A DNA stretch of 64,000 bases from Octopus vulgaris (GCA_951406725.2 OX597814.1:139004001-139068000), one strand, 5' to 3'. Shown: positions 12,790 to 26,776, counted from the stretch's first letter. Numbers and translations: made by a program. The notes: generated by a model not told the origin, from the sequence alone.

Positions 12790-13038
12790 GCAATCAGTAG
12801 TATTATCCCTTCTCTGGTACATGTCGTTACTGAATTTATGAACTGTGTCACTCTGAACCTTTTATTTTTAGAGAAATACTTGCCGACATCGAACCGACAT
12901 CGAATTCAGGCATAATCCATGACTTGGAAAGTTCAGAGTGACGTTTTAGCACTTGATGTGACACAAGTTATATTCTAACACTGTAAAACAGAAATTGGTT
13001 TGTCCGTGTATAGAGAGCAAGCTATATTTGTGATATTT

Positions 13039-13439
13039 GAAAGCGGCGAACTGGCAGAAACGTTAGCACGCCGGGCGAAATGCTTAGCGGTAATTCGTCT
13101 GCCGTTACATTTTGAGTTCAAATTCCGCCGAGGTCGATTTTGCCTTTCATCCTTTCGGGGTCGATTAAATAAGCACCAGTCTTTCACTGGGGTCGATATA
13201 ATCGAGTTAATCCGTTTGTCTGTTCTTGTTTGTCCTCTCTGTGTTTAGCCCCTTGTGGGTAGTAAAGAAATAGGTATTTCGTCTGCCGCTACGTTCTGAG
13301 TTCAAAATTCCGCCGAGGTCAACTTTGCCTTTCATCATTTCAGGATCGATAAATTAAGTACCAGTTGCGTACTGGGGTGAATCGAATCGACTGGCCCCCT
13401 CCCCAAACTTTTCGGGCCTTGTGCCTAGAGTAGAAAGGA
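13039..13439 (+). mobile_element. SINE family A full dimer
   Basis: Head GCGGCGAACTGGCAGAAACGTTAGC, two core units, tail; imperfect TSD ATATTTGTGATATTT / ATATTTGTAGTATTT at 13024-13038 and 13440-13454. Confidence 0.95.
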
Positions 13440-13755
13440 ATATTTGTAGTATTTACAACAGAGACGTTTTATCGGCATCCAGAGTCTATAACAGAATATA
13501 TTATTTTCTAACTCATTTGTTTGAAAGTTTATAAAAATTGTTATAAAGTATTATAAAATAACGTAGTTTTAAGCCGTGTACTTATAGATTGTTGGCGGGA
13601 TAAAGGAAATATAATACAGCTTGTTGACTTACAGCACAACGATGTATGTATGAATAACGTTACATAGGTATGTGAACTACCATTTACTTATATATATATA
13701 TACATAAATATGCACACACACACACACACCTAAGGCGCGTGCGCTAATGCACATT

Positions 13756-13971
<216 letters not shown>

Positions 13972-14060
13972 AAGTACATCCATATATATATACATATGTG
14001 TGTGTATATATGCTTATATTTACATATATAAAATGTTTGTATATACACAGGCACATATTT

Positions 14061-14101
<41 letters not shown>

Positions 14102-14414
14102 TGCAATTCGTGTGTTCTTTACGTTGCGCCAATTTATTCTTACATTGTCAAACATAATTCCTGAACAGGGAGTGAAAGTAAATATGTGATGTATGTATTT
14201 ATGTAAGCTGAATGCCAAATCAAACAAACCAGCTACTTCCACTCAAAACCACTATCGTGACCAGTATTGTCATATGAATACAGAAAATAATGAAACAACT
14301 TCACAGAAATATGCATTCCGTTGATTTAGGCTGATATACGTGCTGGCGTACGAGTATACGTTTATATGTTCACAATCTATCTACCCATCTATCTACAGTC
14401 TAAATATCAACATC

Positions 14415-14612
14415 ATATGTGTATGCATATTGTATAGGTGTGTATGAGTATATACGTATGTGTTAATGTGTGTGTATATACATATGTGTTTGTGGGTGTG
14501 AGTGTTTGTGTTTATATATACATACGTAAGCCCACACACAGTAACACGCATATCTGTATATATGAGTATATAGATATGAACGTATATATGTATAAGCATA
14601 AATATATATGTG

Positions 14613-14654
<42 letters not shown>

Positions 14655-14711
14655 GTGTGGGTGTGGGTGTGGGTGTGGGTGTGTGTGTGTGTGTCTATGT
14701 ATGTATGTATG

Positions 14712-14742
<31 letters not shown>

Positions 14743-14849
14743 TCATACATACAGAGACAGACAGACCCAGACAGACTGAGCTAGTAACGCAGATAAAAAC
14801 GACTATTGGACTTGACACACAGATATACATATAACTATATTTGTATGTG

Positions 14850-14882
<33 letters not shown>

Positions 14883-15006
14883 TGAAAGAGAGAGAGAGAA
14901 ATATGCCTGTATGTAATGTATGTATGTAGATATATATATATATAAATATATATGTATATATATATGTTTGTATATATATATACCTATATATAAATATATA
15001 TGTATG

Positions 15007-15066
<60 letters not shown>
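14415..15066. repeat. Compound TA/TG/GA microsatellite region
   Basis: Direct inspection; source of many spurious YI/HT ORFs. Confidence 0.9.
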
Positions 15067-15068
<2 letters not shown>

Positions 15069-15784
15069 AAAATATATTGTCATTGGGCATAAAATGTACA
15101 CAATACCGAGAAGAGAATATATAATTTCTAAACTCGACAGCTGTTTCAGGAATTTCGGAGTTACGTAGTAATCATAATGTTCATAATTTGCAGATGGAAT
15201 GTGACAAACATCTTGCGTATGCAAAAAGTAAGCAGTCATATTCAGATATTACCATATTAAGTTCGGCTACCTTTATCGGGAGTAAGTTGGCAACTTTCTC
15301 TTGATGAATGGTACCATAGGTATACGTACACACATATTTACACACATACATACGTACATATATACATACATACTTACATATACATTTTTTTCTGAAGGGT
15401 AAAATGCATTCTAGTATTTAGTTGAGTTAAAATACCACCGATTTATTGGCTTTGTTCATTGGTTTGAAATTATAATTATAATATTTATTTGCTTCGTACC
15501 CCGAAATATGTCATCTTCAATATCCGTTGATAAATTTCGATTTCTTGTCTCTTCAGTAAGTTTTATATAAAAACATATTCAATGGATATTCACGGCCGGA
15601 ACTGTTAAGTCTTTTCATAGTGAGTTGTTGACACGTAATAAAATCTTAAGAAGAAATAATATGTATTTCTATTGTAAAAATATATATAAATAAAATGTTT
15701 GAAGCAATAATTTTACATAGAATTACAATAATATGAATTCAAACAATGCTTGCTTTTCTAGATAACGCCGGGGAGCTATTACAT

Positions 15785-15785
<1 letters not shown>

Positions 15786-15856
<71 letters not shown>

Positions 15857-15867
15857 TAGATAGATAG

Positions 15868-15952
<85 letters not shown>

Positions 15953-15953
15953 T
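15786..15953. repeat. (TA)n + (GATA)n
   Basis: Direct inspection. Confidence 0.97.
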
Positions 15954-17089
15954 ATGTTCAAGTATGTATTTGTATGAACGCACATACATATGTAAGCCTG
16001 AGTTTAGTATATTAAACGAGTATGTGTACACATGTATTTAATATGTATTTATTCATTCGTATAATCTTATATTTGAATTCATTGTGCTTTTTTCTCCTCG
16101 TTTGCTTTTCCATCAGTGTTTGCGTGTTCGTTTCTATGCGTTTGAGTGTGTCTGCATGTGTGTGTGTGTCTGTGTGTGTTTGTGCGTGCCTCATACGCGT
16201 ATGAATTCATATATGCCGTTGTGTATAAGGAGAGTATGTTTGTAAATGTGTGACATATATACTGCAATATTTCAAACTACCGGTTACACAATGTATGCAT
16301 TGTGCCTAACGGCATTCTTGGAAGAGTTCAGCTTGATAGAAAAGCTTGTATAAGTTTGTATGTCTGCCAATATCAACTAGAATTTCTCTTTGGTAACAGA
16401 TAAAACATAAATTATTTCTCATTGAAACATATTGACAAATGCCATGCGGATATTTCTATGCTTTTATTTTAAAGTTCAAGCTTCCTGTTCCATCAATTGC
16501 ATAATATTTACGCCATTCAAAACCATTCTTCTCAATATAATTACATTTCTAAATAGTTTTATACAAGCGTTGGCATTGTGTAAATATGAGTCCCTGTTGC
16601 GACGTGTCTGCGTACATGAGTTCAGTTCTCAATATCACCCTTCAGCTTTAAAGTGTACGTTTGTTGCTTTTTTCCACTTGCTGTTGTTGTTAAAAGCAGA
16701 GGACAAATACCCGTAGAATGGTTCTTCAGTGGAAACATAAAGGTTATATCTGACTCAAACATTCAAGAACGAATCCTAAAATTAGTTTTCTTATTTGACG
16801 GCTAAATCTCCAATCACTGTCGTTTCTACAATTGCCTCAAAAGCATGTATCTTCGCCACGTCTCCTCTGTTACTGTAACAGGTCCTGCTCCTCAGAATTA
16901 GAAAGATATATTCCAGCATCTCTTCATTCTTACCTGTTATCATTTTGTTATCCATAGTAGTACCAGTGATATAGCAGATTTTTTACTCGAGGTCTTAGAC
17001 TCATCAGGCCAGTTACCTGGATTTTCATGGCGTGTAAGTGACCGACATCACAACTTTCCACCTGGAATAGGACGCCGCTTCATTTCGCG

Positions 17090-17292
17090 GTTCAAGGCCG
17101 GCAATCTTAATGGGAGGAGCAAAATCGATTACAACAGCCCTAGTACTTGATTAGTAATTTATTTCCTCGACACCAAAGAGATGAATGACAAAGATAATCC
17201 CGGAGACATTTGAACTCAAAATGTAAATCGCCGGATGAAATGCCGTTAAGTATTTAGTTCGACGTGCTAACTATTCTGCCAGCTCGCCCCCT
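17090..17292 (-). mobile_element. Diverged SINE family A
   Basis: ATTTGAACTCAAAATG...GTGCTAACTATTCTGCCAGCTCGCC is the reverse complement of the family A head. Confidence 0.8.
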
Positions 17293-17671
17293 TGTAGCAC
17301 ATACAGAAGACTGTAACAACTGTTACTGCATTTTTGAAAATACAAGTTGAATCTTGTAGAGATCATATTGTAAATTGCTTCATTTTCAAAGGGATGCTTG
17401 TTTATTTTAAAGATCCTAAAGGGTTGAATGGAAAGTCGACCCGGTGCTATTTCAACTCAATACATTTAACTAAAAACTAATGAAAGTTTTATTTGATTTT
17501 CGAATCTATTATCCAAGAACTTTTAACAGATATTGTGTGTTGAAACCTTCCTTATTGGTTTAGACTTTTCAAGTCGGAATGTGAGGGAAATTTCTGGGAC
17601 AATAAAAATAAAAATAAAAGTGAAGAACCGGTAATTGTACTTATAGATCTTGATATTACACGACTAAAAGG

Positions 17672-17885
17672 TATCGAGATGGCAGAATCGTTACCGCGCT
17701 GGACAAAATGCTTAGCAGCATTTCGTCCGTCTTTACGTTCTGAGTTCAAATCCGCCGAGGTTGTCTTTGTCATTCATCCTTTCGGGATCGATAAAGTAAG
17801 TACCAGTTCAGCACTGAGGTTGATGTAATCGATTTACCCCCTCCCCAGAAGATGCTGACCTTGTGCAAAAATTTGAAATCAATAT
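17672..17885 (+). mobile_element. SINE family A monomer
   Basis: TGGCAGAATCGTTA, GAGTTCAAATCC, TCATCCTTTCGGGATCGAT core and tail. Confidence 0.9.
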
Positions 17886-19259
17886 TACTCAACTAAATTA
17901 TAACAATATTCGTTTCAACAAAAGTTTCGGATAATAATTCTTGGTAAACAAATTCAAGAACTGAATGACTATGCTTCTGTCAGTAGTATGTTATATCTCT
18001 GTACATTTTGAGGTAAAATACCACCGAGTCGGTTCCCCATTCAACACCTCAAGATCGATTAAAGGAACATCAATTATGAAATGGAACAAAATAAAGTTCC
18101 ATACAAGTCTGCTGATTCTTGGTTATAGCTATTTTATATCAGATAAATCTCCATCGCTCTTGTGAAACTCATTACTTTCTTGACTTTCTATTTAAATTCC
18201 TAAAAATCTTAAACTTTGATCTTGTTGCAGAAAATAAAATTTAAGCAGTTTTGCAAGCTTTTGTAGAAAAACTATTCAATTTATTACATAAAATTTTGCG
18301 AACCAATATGATAGAAATTACTAAAGAAAACAATGTGTCAGTTGGATGTTGGATTAAATATTTTCTATTGTGTAGTTGGAAATTCAAGTTTCTACTGTTT
18401 AGGTTCAAGCATCGCTGAATCGACTTTAACGCTTTATCTACTATAATCAGTAAATTTTGTATGATACTTCGAGTAGGATATATGGATTGTATGTTTCCTT
18501 ACAGTTCTGATCTCGTTTTTTGAAATACCTTTTACCAAAAGTGTATACTCATAAGAGCAAATCCGATGATTTCTAGTGTCTGTTAACAATAAATAGTTAC
18601 CAAGAGACTCACTCAGTATTAATCTTCCGAAGTGTTGAATGTTTATGTTCTGGTTTAGGCGCGTCCATCTAAGAAAGCAGTAGCATGCCAAAATAGTCTC
18701 TGTACAGAGAAATTGCGGGAAAATATTAACAGACAGACCATACATTCAAACGCCACGGACAAGTGCAGCAGAGCTTTAAACTGACTGAAAACTGTTCAGA
18801 GAATGTGAGAAACCATTGAGGTACGTACAAAAGAGGACTCAGAATACATTTACAGTGAAGAACGAAAGTACAGAAAGCTATCAGAGAAAGAAGCGGCCGA
18901 AGAAATCAACTACCAGAATTGATAATCCTATTCAACTTACGAATAAAACTGATTTGGAAGTGCATCACTACGACGGTGGTATTTTAGGGCTCAAAACTGG
19001 AAAATGTGCTAAGATGCTTGTACTAACGAATGAGATAAGCTTTAGTCAACGCAATATATTTTCAACAAATGTCGGTTTACTATCAGCATCAGAATGCTTT
19101 TAAATGCAAAACTCGTCTCTCCATTTACGTGGTTTGAACGTCTATGCATTTTCTGTGCCTATTTCCATCTTAGGAAAACCAATTTATGTCATTCAAATTG
19201 CACATGTAGGCAAAACTTAATTCTTCCTCTATATTAACTCTTCTTTCTCTACTTTTTTG

Positions 19260-20066
19260 CAGACACATGATCTCCCCCTGGCAGAAACAACGAGTCATTT
19301 ATTGAGTTCATGACAAAGGGGAGGTGCAGACTGTAGGTCATCTACAGAAGGTTGCAAGTTATCTACGTAGATTACATCATCTGATACGAATCACCAGAGA
19401 ACCGACGAACTGATTAGTTGGACTGTGGTTACAATGTGGTCATAATGCATCACAGAAGATTGCAGAAGACTTTGGATAGCGGAAAGTGTATGCAAAGTAG
19501 GTACTTTGGCAGCTGACATGCGATTTACAAAAAACAAAGGTGGGGAAGACTGTTATGGTCTGCTTGCAGGAAGTGTTTGAAGCCAATGAAAACACGTATT
19601 TTTCCCCTCCCGATGTTGTGCCGGGAGATTAGACATGACCTACCTTTCCAATCCGGAAACAAATACCCACTCGATGAAATGGTGTTACAGCTCTTCTCCA
19701 AGGTCCAAGAAATTCAAGAGCCAGCGATCATCAAGGAAAGTCATGGTGTCTGTTTTGGGAGAATGACAAAGGCGTCATTTCTTGTTTTTATGAAAAGTGG
19801 CTGTACCGCGAAAAACAAGTGGGTCGTTGATACATTGAAAAGGCTTAGAAAAGCCGATAGGAGGAAAAGACTGAAGAACTTGAAAACGATCCATCAGAAC
19901 GCATGATTACACATGTTTTGGGTGAAAATCAGGCAATCGGTAAATTGAGCTGCGACTGGTGAGTGAATCCCTATCCGCCGTACAGCCTGGATATGACGCC
20001 CTCAGACTTCCACCTATTTGGTTTATTGAAGTATAGTCTTCAGGGTGAGCTATCAGATGACAACAA
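19260..20066 (+). mobile_element. Decayed mariner transposase, interrupted by Tigger
   Basis: PYPPYSLDMTPSDFHLFGLLKYSLQG (YSPDLAPSDFHLF motif) in ORF 19963; upstream GKVMVSVLG-like segment near 19735. Confidence 0.85.
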
Positions 20067-20068
20067 TA

Positions 20069-22218
20069 CAGTGATACCTCGCAATACGAGTTTAATTCGT
20101 TTCATGACTGAGCTCGTTTTACGATTAACTCGATTTACAAATCAATTTTCCCCGTTGAAATTAATTAAAATATCATTAATCCATTCCAGCCCCACAAAAC
20201 GACCCAAAAGTAATTTTTGTGAATTTTAAAACGGAAAAGGTGCAGTTACATGGAAAATGACAAGTATAAAAACATAATAAAAGAGAATGCAAAAGAAATA
20301 TGTAAACTGGATTTATTAAGTGAATTTGTGACGATGAAACGTTGAGGGGGAGAATTACTGTTTAGAAGGAGAATCTCCTTCCATTAAGACTTCAGAAAGA
20401 AAAAGTTTCGGTGTTTTCTCTCTCGCTTAATTTTCGCTTTTTGGATACCCTTTCTTCACTTTTCTGACTTGCAGGTCGTTTCATTAGAAATATATCAAGA
20501 GAAGTCAACTTTTTCCTGCCTTTAAAAAATGTTACGAAAATGCGCCAGAGCAGTGTCATTAAATAAAGCAGCTGCACGACTTGTAGATACTTTTTTGGAT
20601 GGTCTTTTTCTACAAATTCAGAAACATACTAGCATTTTGCCAACATTGATCTTATGTCACTCGTAGAAATGGCCTTCTCCGCTACATTGTCCTCCTCCGG
20701 GGAACCAATCTCTTCCACTGCATCCGAATGCTACTATCCTTTAAGCTTCAAGTGCTCATCCGTCGTCAACTCCCTTGAGTGGTCCTCGATGAGATCGTTA
20801 ATGTTCCCATCATCAACCTCGAGGCCATAGTCTTTCCAAGAGACGATATGTCTTCGACTGCAAGCCTCTCAGATTCACAGGCTCTTTCTGATATGTAGTC
20901 AAACCTCAGTTTCCTCCATGCAGAATTCAGCGTTGTCTCTGTTTTACCCTGCCAGGCGATATCGATGATTTTCAGGCAGTTAACAATATTGTAGTACTCC
21001 TTCCAAAACTCACAAAGGGTTATATTTATATTTTCGATGACTTCAAAGCACCAACGAAACAGGTGTCTGGTTTACAATTTCTTACAATTTGAAATCACCT
21101 GTTGGTCCATTGGCTGTAAGATAGGGCTGGTGTTGCGTAAAAGGTACAGAACTTTTATGAATTTAAATTCGTCCAGGATATCATCTTCGAAGTTAAGAGG
21201 GTGGGCAGGCGCATTGCCGAGGATGAGGAGAGCTTTCAGAGTAAGTTTCTTCTCCAGAAGTCACAGTCGACCCACTTGGTGAAGAATTGCCTGGTTACCT
21301 AGGCAATGGTAGACAAAGATCGGCTTAATCTTCAAGTATCTACTCACATTGGCAACAAGGACAAGAGTTATCCTATCTTTCGTAGGCTTATGGCCTGGCA
21401 TTTTCTGCTCCTCTGCAGTTATGTAGGTCCTTCTGGGAAATTTCTCCTATAAAAGGTCAGTTTCATCACAGTTGAATACCTGTTTTGAGATGGACCCCTT
21501 CGCTGTGATAAACTAACGGAATTCACGCACAAAATCCTCAGCTGCTTTCGTGTCAGAACTCGCTGCTTCTCTATACCTGACGATGCGATGAACACCAGTC
21601 GTCTTGAAATTATCAAACCAGCTGCGATTGGCCTTAAATGTGTCTGCTGATGTCTCCTCCGTTGATGTTCCAGGTTTCTGTTTCAGAAGATCCCCATTCA
21701 GCGCTCGTACTTTTTCGCTGATGATGGTCTCCGCAATCGCATTCCCTGCGAGTTGCTTCTCGTTGATCCACGGCAGAAGCAATATTTCCATCTCTTCGTG
21801 GACAGATGTGCGTTGCTTAGAGAGCCTGGAGACAACCTTTGTTGTAACAGCCTTGATTTCGTCCTTTTTCTTGAGGATGGCGTAAATTGTCGACGTACTT
21901 CGGTCGTATTGACGCTCTATGTCCACCACACACATTCTTCTCTCATGGTTATCAATGATTTCCTTTTTCAATTCTATCGTAATCAGCTTTTTCTTCTCAA
22001 CACTATCCTTCTAAAATACTAACCTTCTAAAATAATAGCAAAAAAAACCCATAAAACTATTTTTAAAATCTCTAGGAAAAACACAATAGGGATGATGCCA
22101 CAACTAGATAAAAACGTGAAGTAAATGAGCGGACGCTGCACATGGTGGAGCGTATGTGAGGCCAACGCTGACTAGCGGTTGCTTGTATGAAAGTAGCTCG
22201 TACTGCGAGGTTCTACTG
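20069..22218 (-). mobile_element. Near full-length Tigger/pogo DNA transposon, transposase disrupted
   Basis: TIRs CAGTGATACCTCGCAATACGAG / CTCGTACTGCGAGGTTCTACTG with TA on both sides; CENP-B-type HTH ORF 21513-21971; FNCDET and PGHKPTKDRITL motifs in broken frames. Confidence 0.95.
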
Positions 22219-22226
22219 TATATGTG

Positions 22227-22314
<88 letters not shown>

Positions 22315-22359
22315 TGTGTGTGAGTGTTTGTGTGTGCATAACATGTGTATATATATATG

Positions 22360-22412
<53 letters not shown>

Positions 22413-22429
22413 CATACACTCACACACAT

Positions 22430-22460
<31 letters not shown>
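22219..22460. repeat. (TA)n/(TG)n/(CA)n compound microsatellite
   Basis: Direct inspection. Confidence 0.95.
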
Positions 22461-24440
22461 ACGACAGAAATACTAATTTGTATCAGCCTCAAGTTACATG
22501 CATATCGTAGCGGTAGAGACATCAAATTGTTTATCAGTTAAGAAAGATTTTAAAGTCAGATATTATACGTAATATTGTTATTCAGTGATTGCGACAAGTT
22601 ACTATTGTAAATTGCAGCATGTGCAAATTTGATTAGCAAAATAATTACTGATAAAGTGGGGGAAATATCTGTTGAGAGAATTGGTTGCCATATCACTTGC
22701 TCGCTATTATTTAAATTTTTTTCTTTTTTTAAGTGTTGGTATAATTTTTTGTGAGGTTTTCATTTAAACACACAAATATGTGCACGCATATGCGAGTGCA
22801 TACATTCATGTATATATATATATGCATATATATATGTTCATATTCTACACATATACTCACAAATATGTTGTACACTCACATATAATATTTCTTCGCTGAT
22901 TGTGTCACAATGGTGGTGAAGTTAACAAACATACACACCCACATACCACACATGTGCATACACATTCTTTATAATTAAAAGTGAAAGCAGGTGGATTTAT
23001 GCATAATCTTTGTTTAATTACCATTTTTTAAATAACAATTATCTGCTTCAGTATTCTTCCCATAATTATCATCTACATGAACTGAAGTTAATAATAGTAG
23101 TCAAATAATAGCAATTTCTAGCATTTGCATTCTACAGTATGTTTGAAGGAAGGGAGGTCGTGAATTTAATCTAATCACACTATATTATTATCATTATCAT
23201 CATCCTTTTCAGTATAATTATTAGTTTTATTGTTGTTGTTGTTCTTGTTATTATTATTATAAATGGTCATCATCATCATCTCCTTTCTACTTTGATGAGT
23301 AAGCACCATCAAGATATGAACCTTAAATCTTCGTTTCCTATGCAAACCTTTCTAACAACTTTTGGCTATTTCCACATTCTTGTCTTAAAAAAAGTTTCTG
23401 AGATGACTATTAGCTCTGTTGTCTCCCAGGGTAATCGAGTTCAGAGTATTTGAGTATCCGAGTATACCTGTTTCCGAGTGCAGAGGGCGCTCAAGCCTCC
23501 CTATCCGAACTTTGGACAGAGGATCTCACCAGTCTCTGAAGCAGATAGTTTTCTCTTACCCGAGACAAACGGTTTTGCTTTACTTTCCATTGTTTTCTTT
23601 ATGACAAATGTTTATTTTTTACGCAGCATGACTGCTAACAATTCAAAGCTCTATATAAAATATCGGGTCAGTGTTTAACAGTATTCTTGCGCCAGGCACA
23701 AAGACAAACAATATGTGCAATTATTCTTCTAGTTTGATAACGATAATTTGGATCTTTTAGACTGTGATGTCGTGAACATATGCAGACATTTTCTTCTTGT
23801 GTTCGAGTAGGATGCCTTCAGTCTATTTATATCACACATTAAGTAGTAAGAACTTATTTACTCGAACCAACAAAGTTGAGTTGTAGCGATCGAATTTGAA
23901 GACGAAACGAAAGCTGGTTGCGCCTTCAAATTTTGGGAGGTAATTATACTTGTCCCGTTTCGTTCACTTTCTTGACTGATCTATATCGACGAGACGCCTA
24001 CCGCAAACAGATCTACGCACGTCCCTCTCTACAGCGAATTACATGAGATAAATGATGTTGAGGATATCCTGACTTGAGTCTGACCACTGACTATCCAGGA
24101 CTAAGGCAAACTCCTTCGCCAATATTTTGTCTCAAATTTTTAAAGTGGTATTGATGCGATTTAAGGATATACAGTTATCAAAAATTCCTAATCCCTTCCA
24201 ACGTACTGAAAGAAAACTGTACGAGTTTGGTTTTAGCTCATACAATTGGGGATGTTTCTACGATATCACCACTTAGCTGTGTGGTCAAGAAGCTCGCTTT
24301 GTAGCCACGTAGTTTCGGGTTCAGTCCCACACTATACATCACCTTAAGCAGTGTCTTCCATTATAGCTCGGGCCGATCAGTGCCATGTGAGTGAATCTGG
24401 TAGACGGAAACTGTGTGGAAGCTTATGGTATAAAGCACAA

Positions 24441-25085
24441 GGCACGTGGCTTAGTGGTTGGCAAATCTCTCGTGGAGGCGCCATCCAGCTAAAATGCAAA
24501 TATATGGGAAATTACCACCTGTGTCATCTCTTGTGAAGGGTAGGAGAGTCCAGTTTGCTGGACATTGTTGTAGAGCTGAAAAAGAAGTAATTTCTACTCT
24601 TCTCCTCTGGAAGCCATCTACTCGCAACACCAGAGGGCGCACACTCTCCTACCCTGATGTAATCTCCAGGGATACAGGCATCCAGCAACAGGACCTCCGT
24701 AATGCTATGATGGACCGTGAAGTCTGGCGCAACATGGTAAATTCCATTGTCTCGACCACGGTCGAACAATGATGATGATGATGGCATATTCGGTTCATGA
24801 TTGTAAGGTCCTGAGTTCAATTTCCAGCGACGCATTGTGTCCTTGGGCAAGACACTTTATTTTCACGTTACTCCAGTCCACTCAGCTGGCAAAAATGAGT
24901 AGTACCTGTGTTTCAAAAAGCCAGCCTTGTCACACTCTGTGTCATGCTGCATCTCCCTTAGAACTGCGTTAAGGGTACACGTGTACGTGGAGCACTCAAC
25001 CACTTGCAAGTTAATTTCACGAGCAGGCTGTTCCGTTGATCGTATCAGCTGGGACCCTCGTCACTGTAAGCTACGGAGTGCTCCT
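24441..25085 (+). mobile_element. SINE family C, split by an RTE fragment
   Basis: A-box TGGCTTAGTGG, B-box GAGTTCAATTTCC, TGTGTCCTTGGGCAAGACACTT central domain. Confidence 0.8.
24464..24781 (+). mobile_element. 5'-truncated RTE-clade LINE 3' end
   Basis: ORF 24458-24772 (RRVQFAGHC.R...LLLWKP..RGR..Y.D.I..DTG....AM.DREVWR), very short 3' UTR and (TGA)n tail; TGGCA repeated on both sides. Confidence 0.85.
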
Positions 25086-25639
25086 ATAATAACACACACA
25101 CACGTACACATATATATTAATGTGTCTGTGTTTGTATATGTATATGCTTGTGTATTTTTGTTTCTGTATTAGTTTCCCTAGCCATCGCTTGACAACCAGT
25201 CTTAGTTTGTTTACGTACCATAACTTAGTGATCCTGTAAATAAGTCCAATAGAATAAGAACCAAAATTAAAAATAGTACTGAAGTCTTGTTGTGTGGAAC
25301 CGGCATATCAAAGGACTAATCCAACGTTTCTTCCATTGGGTCGTTGTGACAACAGTCGACTGTACAATGTTTTACTAATGCCCTCTTCTAGTATTGCCCC
25401 AACTTACTTTTACGCTTTCCAACGGCAACTAATGCTGTAGTGTAATTATAAATACACAAAGTGTGTTTTTATCAGATCGCTTTAGCAGGCAATTTATCTT
25501 AATCTTAACCTTGGCTAATGTTAATATTTTAAAAATAGAAAAATCAATAATTCTCTTTGGTTTTTATTTTTAATTTATGTGAACTTTTCTAAATTTTCTA
25601 TATTTTCATAATGCTTTTTAAAACACAAAATATGACTGA

Positions 25640-25720
25640 AACGGCAAATTTGTCTCGGGCCACAGGTAAGGTGGTGGCGCCCCACATTTGACCAGTAAGT
25701 CGCATGTTTGACACCCCTAG
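25640..25720. mobile_element. hAT-like terminus fragment
   Basis: GCATGTTTGACACCCCTA resembles the reverse complement of a (C/T)AGGGGTGTCAAAC hAT end; partner end not found. Confidence 0.45.
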
Positions 25721-26776
25721 TCTAATTATTTCTGTAGTTTATATTCCTCGTTAAACCTAAATCATATTTTCACCCTAAGATCATTTAAAATTTATAAATG
25801 TTCACTTGAAACTCATTACTCTGGTCACTGAAGGCTTTTCTATGCCAGAAACGACACGTTCTGTACGTGGGTGCCAGTCTATGAACTCTTATCTTATTAA
25901 CAACTACATAATTTGAGTAGTCAATAAAACCAAAATGAGAAGTGCCTTCACTCAGCACTAATTAACGTGTTATTCAAAATCAAGTTACTTTTCATACTGT
26001 GATACATGTCAAGCGGCTAAAACTATGAGACTTTTGAATTTTCTTTTCCTAACTGTTTTCCCCACCTGTCACACCTGCCATACATCCCATTGTGTGCATA
26101 AATTAGCGTTTTAGTCCTACTATCATTAATAAGCACGATACCTCCAAGAATATTTTCTAACATCTGGCTAAGTTTGACCATCAAACAATTTTTGAGTATA
26201 TAGACAACGACCAGTGTTTTCTTGAAGTGCTTTAACTGTTACACACATTCGTCTCCTTAAATATCGCATACACCTCGAGATCAATATCTTTCCGAAGTAA
26301 CACTGCTGACCCTATTTTTATACGTATTCTGGGAGCTGCTTTCCGCATTTAGTGTTCCCCGCAAGCCGCCATTTGAGCTCAATCTTCATCTTCATTTCCT
26401 CGTATTACGTGGTATCTGAATTCACCAGTAGTACTGTAGTACAAAACGTTCTCTGGTTAACAACTGGTCTCCCTTCTCCATCATTATCTCAACCTATGAT
26501 CTTGTTGGTCACACCACTCGAGACTCCGTTGCTTCATGGTAACAATATCATTCAACGTTCTATTTCCTTTTTTGTTTTGGTTCCTGTTGTCTTTCTTTTT
26601 ATTGAGTACCAATTCAGTGCGATGGTCAAAGCGTTTTATTTGCTAAGAGATACCTCTTCCACTACACAACGCGGGATAACTACTATGAAGTAACAGCTTA
26701 AAACCAATATCTACACCTCAAAGAATATATTGCGAATTTTGTAAATTTCGTTTGTATTAAAACAAAAACTATTAAA

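Larger units (their letters stand above)
24275..25286 (+). mobile_element. SINE family B split by nested insertions
   Basis: Head 24275-24430 (GCTGTGTGGTCAAG, GGGTTCAGTCCCAC) and 3' half 25090-25286 (CATCGCTTGACAACC, TAGAATAAG). Confidence 0.75.

Noticed and set aside
16560-19100. Weak LINE endonuclease-like (VIGDL) and RTE-like (LRW) fragments
   Set aside because: Similarity is too weak to call by eye.
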